From positions 2,660,729 through 2,724,728 of the forward strand of contig JBNZDD010013707.1 in assembly GCA_050575255.1 (NCBI GenBank): a DNA stretch of 64,000 nt. The letters are read 5' to 3'. The position numbers and the translations under genes are program-made. Under the pieces are notes generated by a model, which was given only the letters and a program-made list of their open reading frames with translations, was not told where the DNA came from and ran no database searches. The DNA is from Harriotta raleighana (lineage: Eukaryota). This document shows positions 61,310 through 64,000 of the stretch, in pieces (positions within the stretch are counted from its first letter, which is position 1; the number at the start of each line of letters is the position of its first letter).

Positions 61310-62829
61310 AATTCTACCCCTCTTCTCACAGACATTATTAACCTCTCCCTCTCCTCTGGTTCAGTACCCATTCCCATCAAGACTGCCACCATCACTCCCA
61401 CCCTCAAGAAACCTTCCCTTGATGCGTCGCAGCTTTCAAGCTACCGACCCATCTCCAACCTCCCCTTCCTGTCCAAGGTTCTGGAAAGAGTTGTCGCCTC
61501 CCAGCTGCGCTCTTTCCTCTCCACCCACTCACTCCTNNNNNNNNNNNNNNNNNNNNNNNNNNNNNNNNNNNNNNNNNNNNNNNNNNNNNNNNNNNNNNNN
61601 NNNNNNNNNNNNNNNNNNNNNNNNNNNNNNNNNNNNNNNNNNNNNNNNNNNNNNNNNNNNNNNNNNNNNNNNNNNNNNNNNNNNNNNNNNNNNNNNNNNN
61701 NNNNNNNNNNNNNNNNNNNNNNNNNNNNNNNNNNNNNNNNNNNNNNNNNNNNNNNNNNNNNNNNNNNNNNNNNNNNNNNNNNNNNNNNNNNNNNNNNNNN
61801 NNNNNNNNNNNNNNNNNNNNNNNNNNNNNNNNNNNNNNNNNNNNNNNNNNNNNNNNNNNNNNNNNNNNNNNNNNNNNNNNNNNNNNNNNNNNNNNNNNNN
61901 NNNNNNNNNNNNNNNNNNNNNNNNNNNNNNNNNNNNNNNNNNNNNNNNNNNNNNNNNNNNNNNNNNNNNNNNNNNNNNNNNNNNNNNNNNNNNNNNNNNN
62001 NNNNNNNNNNNNNNNNNNNNNNNNNNNNNNNNNNNNNNNNNNNNNNNNNNNNNNNNNNNNNNNNNNNNNNNNNNNNNNNNNNNNNNNNNNNNNNNNNNNN
62101 NNNNNNNNNNNNNNNNNNNNNNNNNNNNNNNNNNNNNNNNNNNNNNNNNNNNNNNNNNNNNNNNNNNNNNNNNNNNNNNNNNNNNNNNNNNNNNNNNNNN
62201 NNNNNNNNNNNNNNNNNNNNNNNNNNNNNNNNNNNNNNNNNNNNNNNNNNNNNNNNNNNNNNNNNNNNNNNNNNNNNNNNNNNNNNNNNNNNNNNNNNNN
62301 NNNNNNNNNNNNNNNNNNNNNNNNNNNNNNNNNNNNNNNNNNNNNNNNNNNNNNNNNNNNNNNNNNNNNNNNNNNNNNNNNNNNNNNNNNNNNNNNNNNN
62401 NNNNNNNNNNNNNNNNNNNNNNNNNNNNNNNNNNNNNNNNNNNNNNNNNNNNNNNNNNNNNNNNNNNNNNNNNNNNNNNNNNNNNNNNNNNNNNNNNNNN
62501 NNNNNNNNNNNNNNNNNNNNNNNNNNNNNNNNTGGCGGCCGGGCTTTCAGCTGCTCAGCCCCCAGGCTCTGGAACTCCATCCCCCAGTGCCTTCGCCTCG
62601 CTCCCTCCCTTTCCTCTTTCAGGGCCGGTCTCAAGACCTTTCTCTTCGACCGTGCCTTCAGCTCCCCTCTCGACTCTCTACCTCCTCCTTGCTCCCACCC
62701 TCCCCCTCCCCCCTCGCCCTGAACATTTCCCCCTGCTCGGGTCTTAAATCATCTGTCCAGCGCCTTGGGACGTCCTCCTGACGTGAAACGCGCTCTATAA
62801 ATGTAATTTTGTTGTTGTTGTTGTTGTTA
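61310..62829 (+). mobile_element. Young 5'-truncated L2 LINE spanning an assembly gap
   Basis: IINLSLSSG...[18 protein letters not shown] before the N gap; GGRAFS...[10 protein letters not shown] and a (gtt)n tail after it. Confidence 0.9.
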
Positions 62830-62849
62830 TGATCAGTCTTAATCTCCTA

Positions 62850-63060
62850 AATTTCCTAAAAGAAACCTTGATTGAAAGAATCAACACTTCCTGCTTCAAG
62901 TGTCTCTCCAGGAAGCCAATTCCACAAGTTCGCTATTCTCTCACTGAAATAGTGTTTGCATAGATTTGTTCTGAATTTAACCCCCCTTTAATTGCAGGCT
63001 GTGTCCTCTGGTGCTAATATTCTGGACAACTTGAAACAGTCTGTCATGATCTTTTTGTCT
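62850..63060 (-). mobile_element. CR1 3'-region fragment
   Basis: Minus-strand DRLFQ...TRGHSLQLKGG resembles the CR1 ORF2 C-terminus. Confidence 0.6.
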
Positions 63061-63539
63061 TGCCCCTAGAATCTGAAAGACAGCGATCATGTCACGTTTC
63101 CATCTTAGAGAAATCGGAGTTTTAAAGGTTGCTGAGATATATTGCAAATCTAACCTGATTATTAAGAATATATAATTTGGAAACATTGCTTGCATGTGCA
63201 ATGGTGCAAGACATGACAGAGGGAGCTAAGCTGGGTGCAAGATGGTTATTTCCAGAAACTAGCATCTAATAATATGATGCAGGTGGGAGTTGATTTGAAG
63301 CGGCAGAATTTGGGCCAGCACAATCTTGCAATCTGGTGAATTATAGATTTAGAACAACTCTATAGAATTATAGAGTGAAATCTGTTTCAAATGGTAATAC
63401 TGTTGAAAAGATTGAGAGGCGATATGATTGCTGACTTTAAGATTGTAATGGGGCTAGGCAATGTAGATCATGACAGGCTGTTTCAACTAGTCAAGAATAG
63501 TAAAACCTGTGGAACAGGCTCCATATGGAGACAACATTA

Positions 63540-64000
63540 AAAAAAACAATTTGCACTCATCATCCTCCACGCAGGGTAGCATCTTGGAGCACTTAACATG
63601 GCGGAGCCTGACTCCGAGCAGTGGGGGAGGTGACCTTAAGCACGGACAAAAAGGAATGTATTCAGGAGGGATTTGAAAAAGGGGAGAGAGGTGTGGCAAG
63701 GGGATTGAGGAAGAGTGTTCCAGAGTTTCGGGGCTTAATGGCTGAATGCATGACTTCCAGCGGAGGCTGCGAGTGACAAGCCAGTTGAGTGAAGGCGCTG
63801 GGTGGTAGATTCGGGAGTGACGGAGATCAAGAGAAGTAGGGAGATGCCAGGGAGTGAAGGGATTTGAACACAAATTCATTGATTGGTTCGGTGATGGAGA
63901 GCCAGTGGAGCTTGGCCAGAACCGGTGAGATGTGGGTATGGAGTTTTGTCCAACAACAAAATTACATTTGTATAGTACCTTTCACGTCAGGGGGACGTTC
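63540..64000 (-). mobile_element. L2 3' fragments, the second starting at about 63950
   Basis: Antisense LHWL, WNTLP and LF motifs, followed by a new caacaacaaaattacatttgtatag tail. Confidence 0.7.

Noticed and set aside
61238-62747. ORFs of 400-490 aa
   Set aside because: Their length comes from the N gap; the flanks are L2 ORF2.

Overview
Vertebrate genomic DNA, rich in introns and dense in L2/CR1 LINEs and tRNA-derived SINEs. The repeat style suggests a cartilaginous fish such as a chimaera (inference). The + strand carries the last three coding exons of JAKMIP1 (Marlin-1), ending in the hydrophobic tail FLFLFLFFSLAFILWP*. About 0.8 kb later begins a very large multi-exon gene that I recognise as a C4orf50 homologue. 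It has about 23 phase-consistent exons and about 2,500 codons in the window, and continues past the right edge. It encodes a long coiled coil, a C4orf50/DUF4527-type segment, a RIM-binding-protein-type SH3 domain and an FN3 domain. Main observation: a strong splice acceptor at 13790 opens a reading frame in phase with the JAKMIP1 exon just before the TM exon. That frame connects to the 773-codon C4orf50 exon through two -1 frame slips lying over homopolymer runs. This suggests JAKMIP1 and C4orf50 may be one transcription unit, making either a tail-anchored JAKMIP1 or a giant JAKMIP1-coiled-coil-SH3-FN3 protein. Gene identities are from recalled protein sequence and were not database-checked. 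Several apparent tandem duplications next to single N bases are assembly artefacts.
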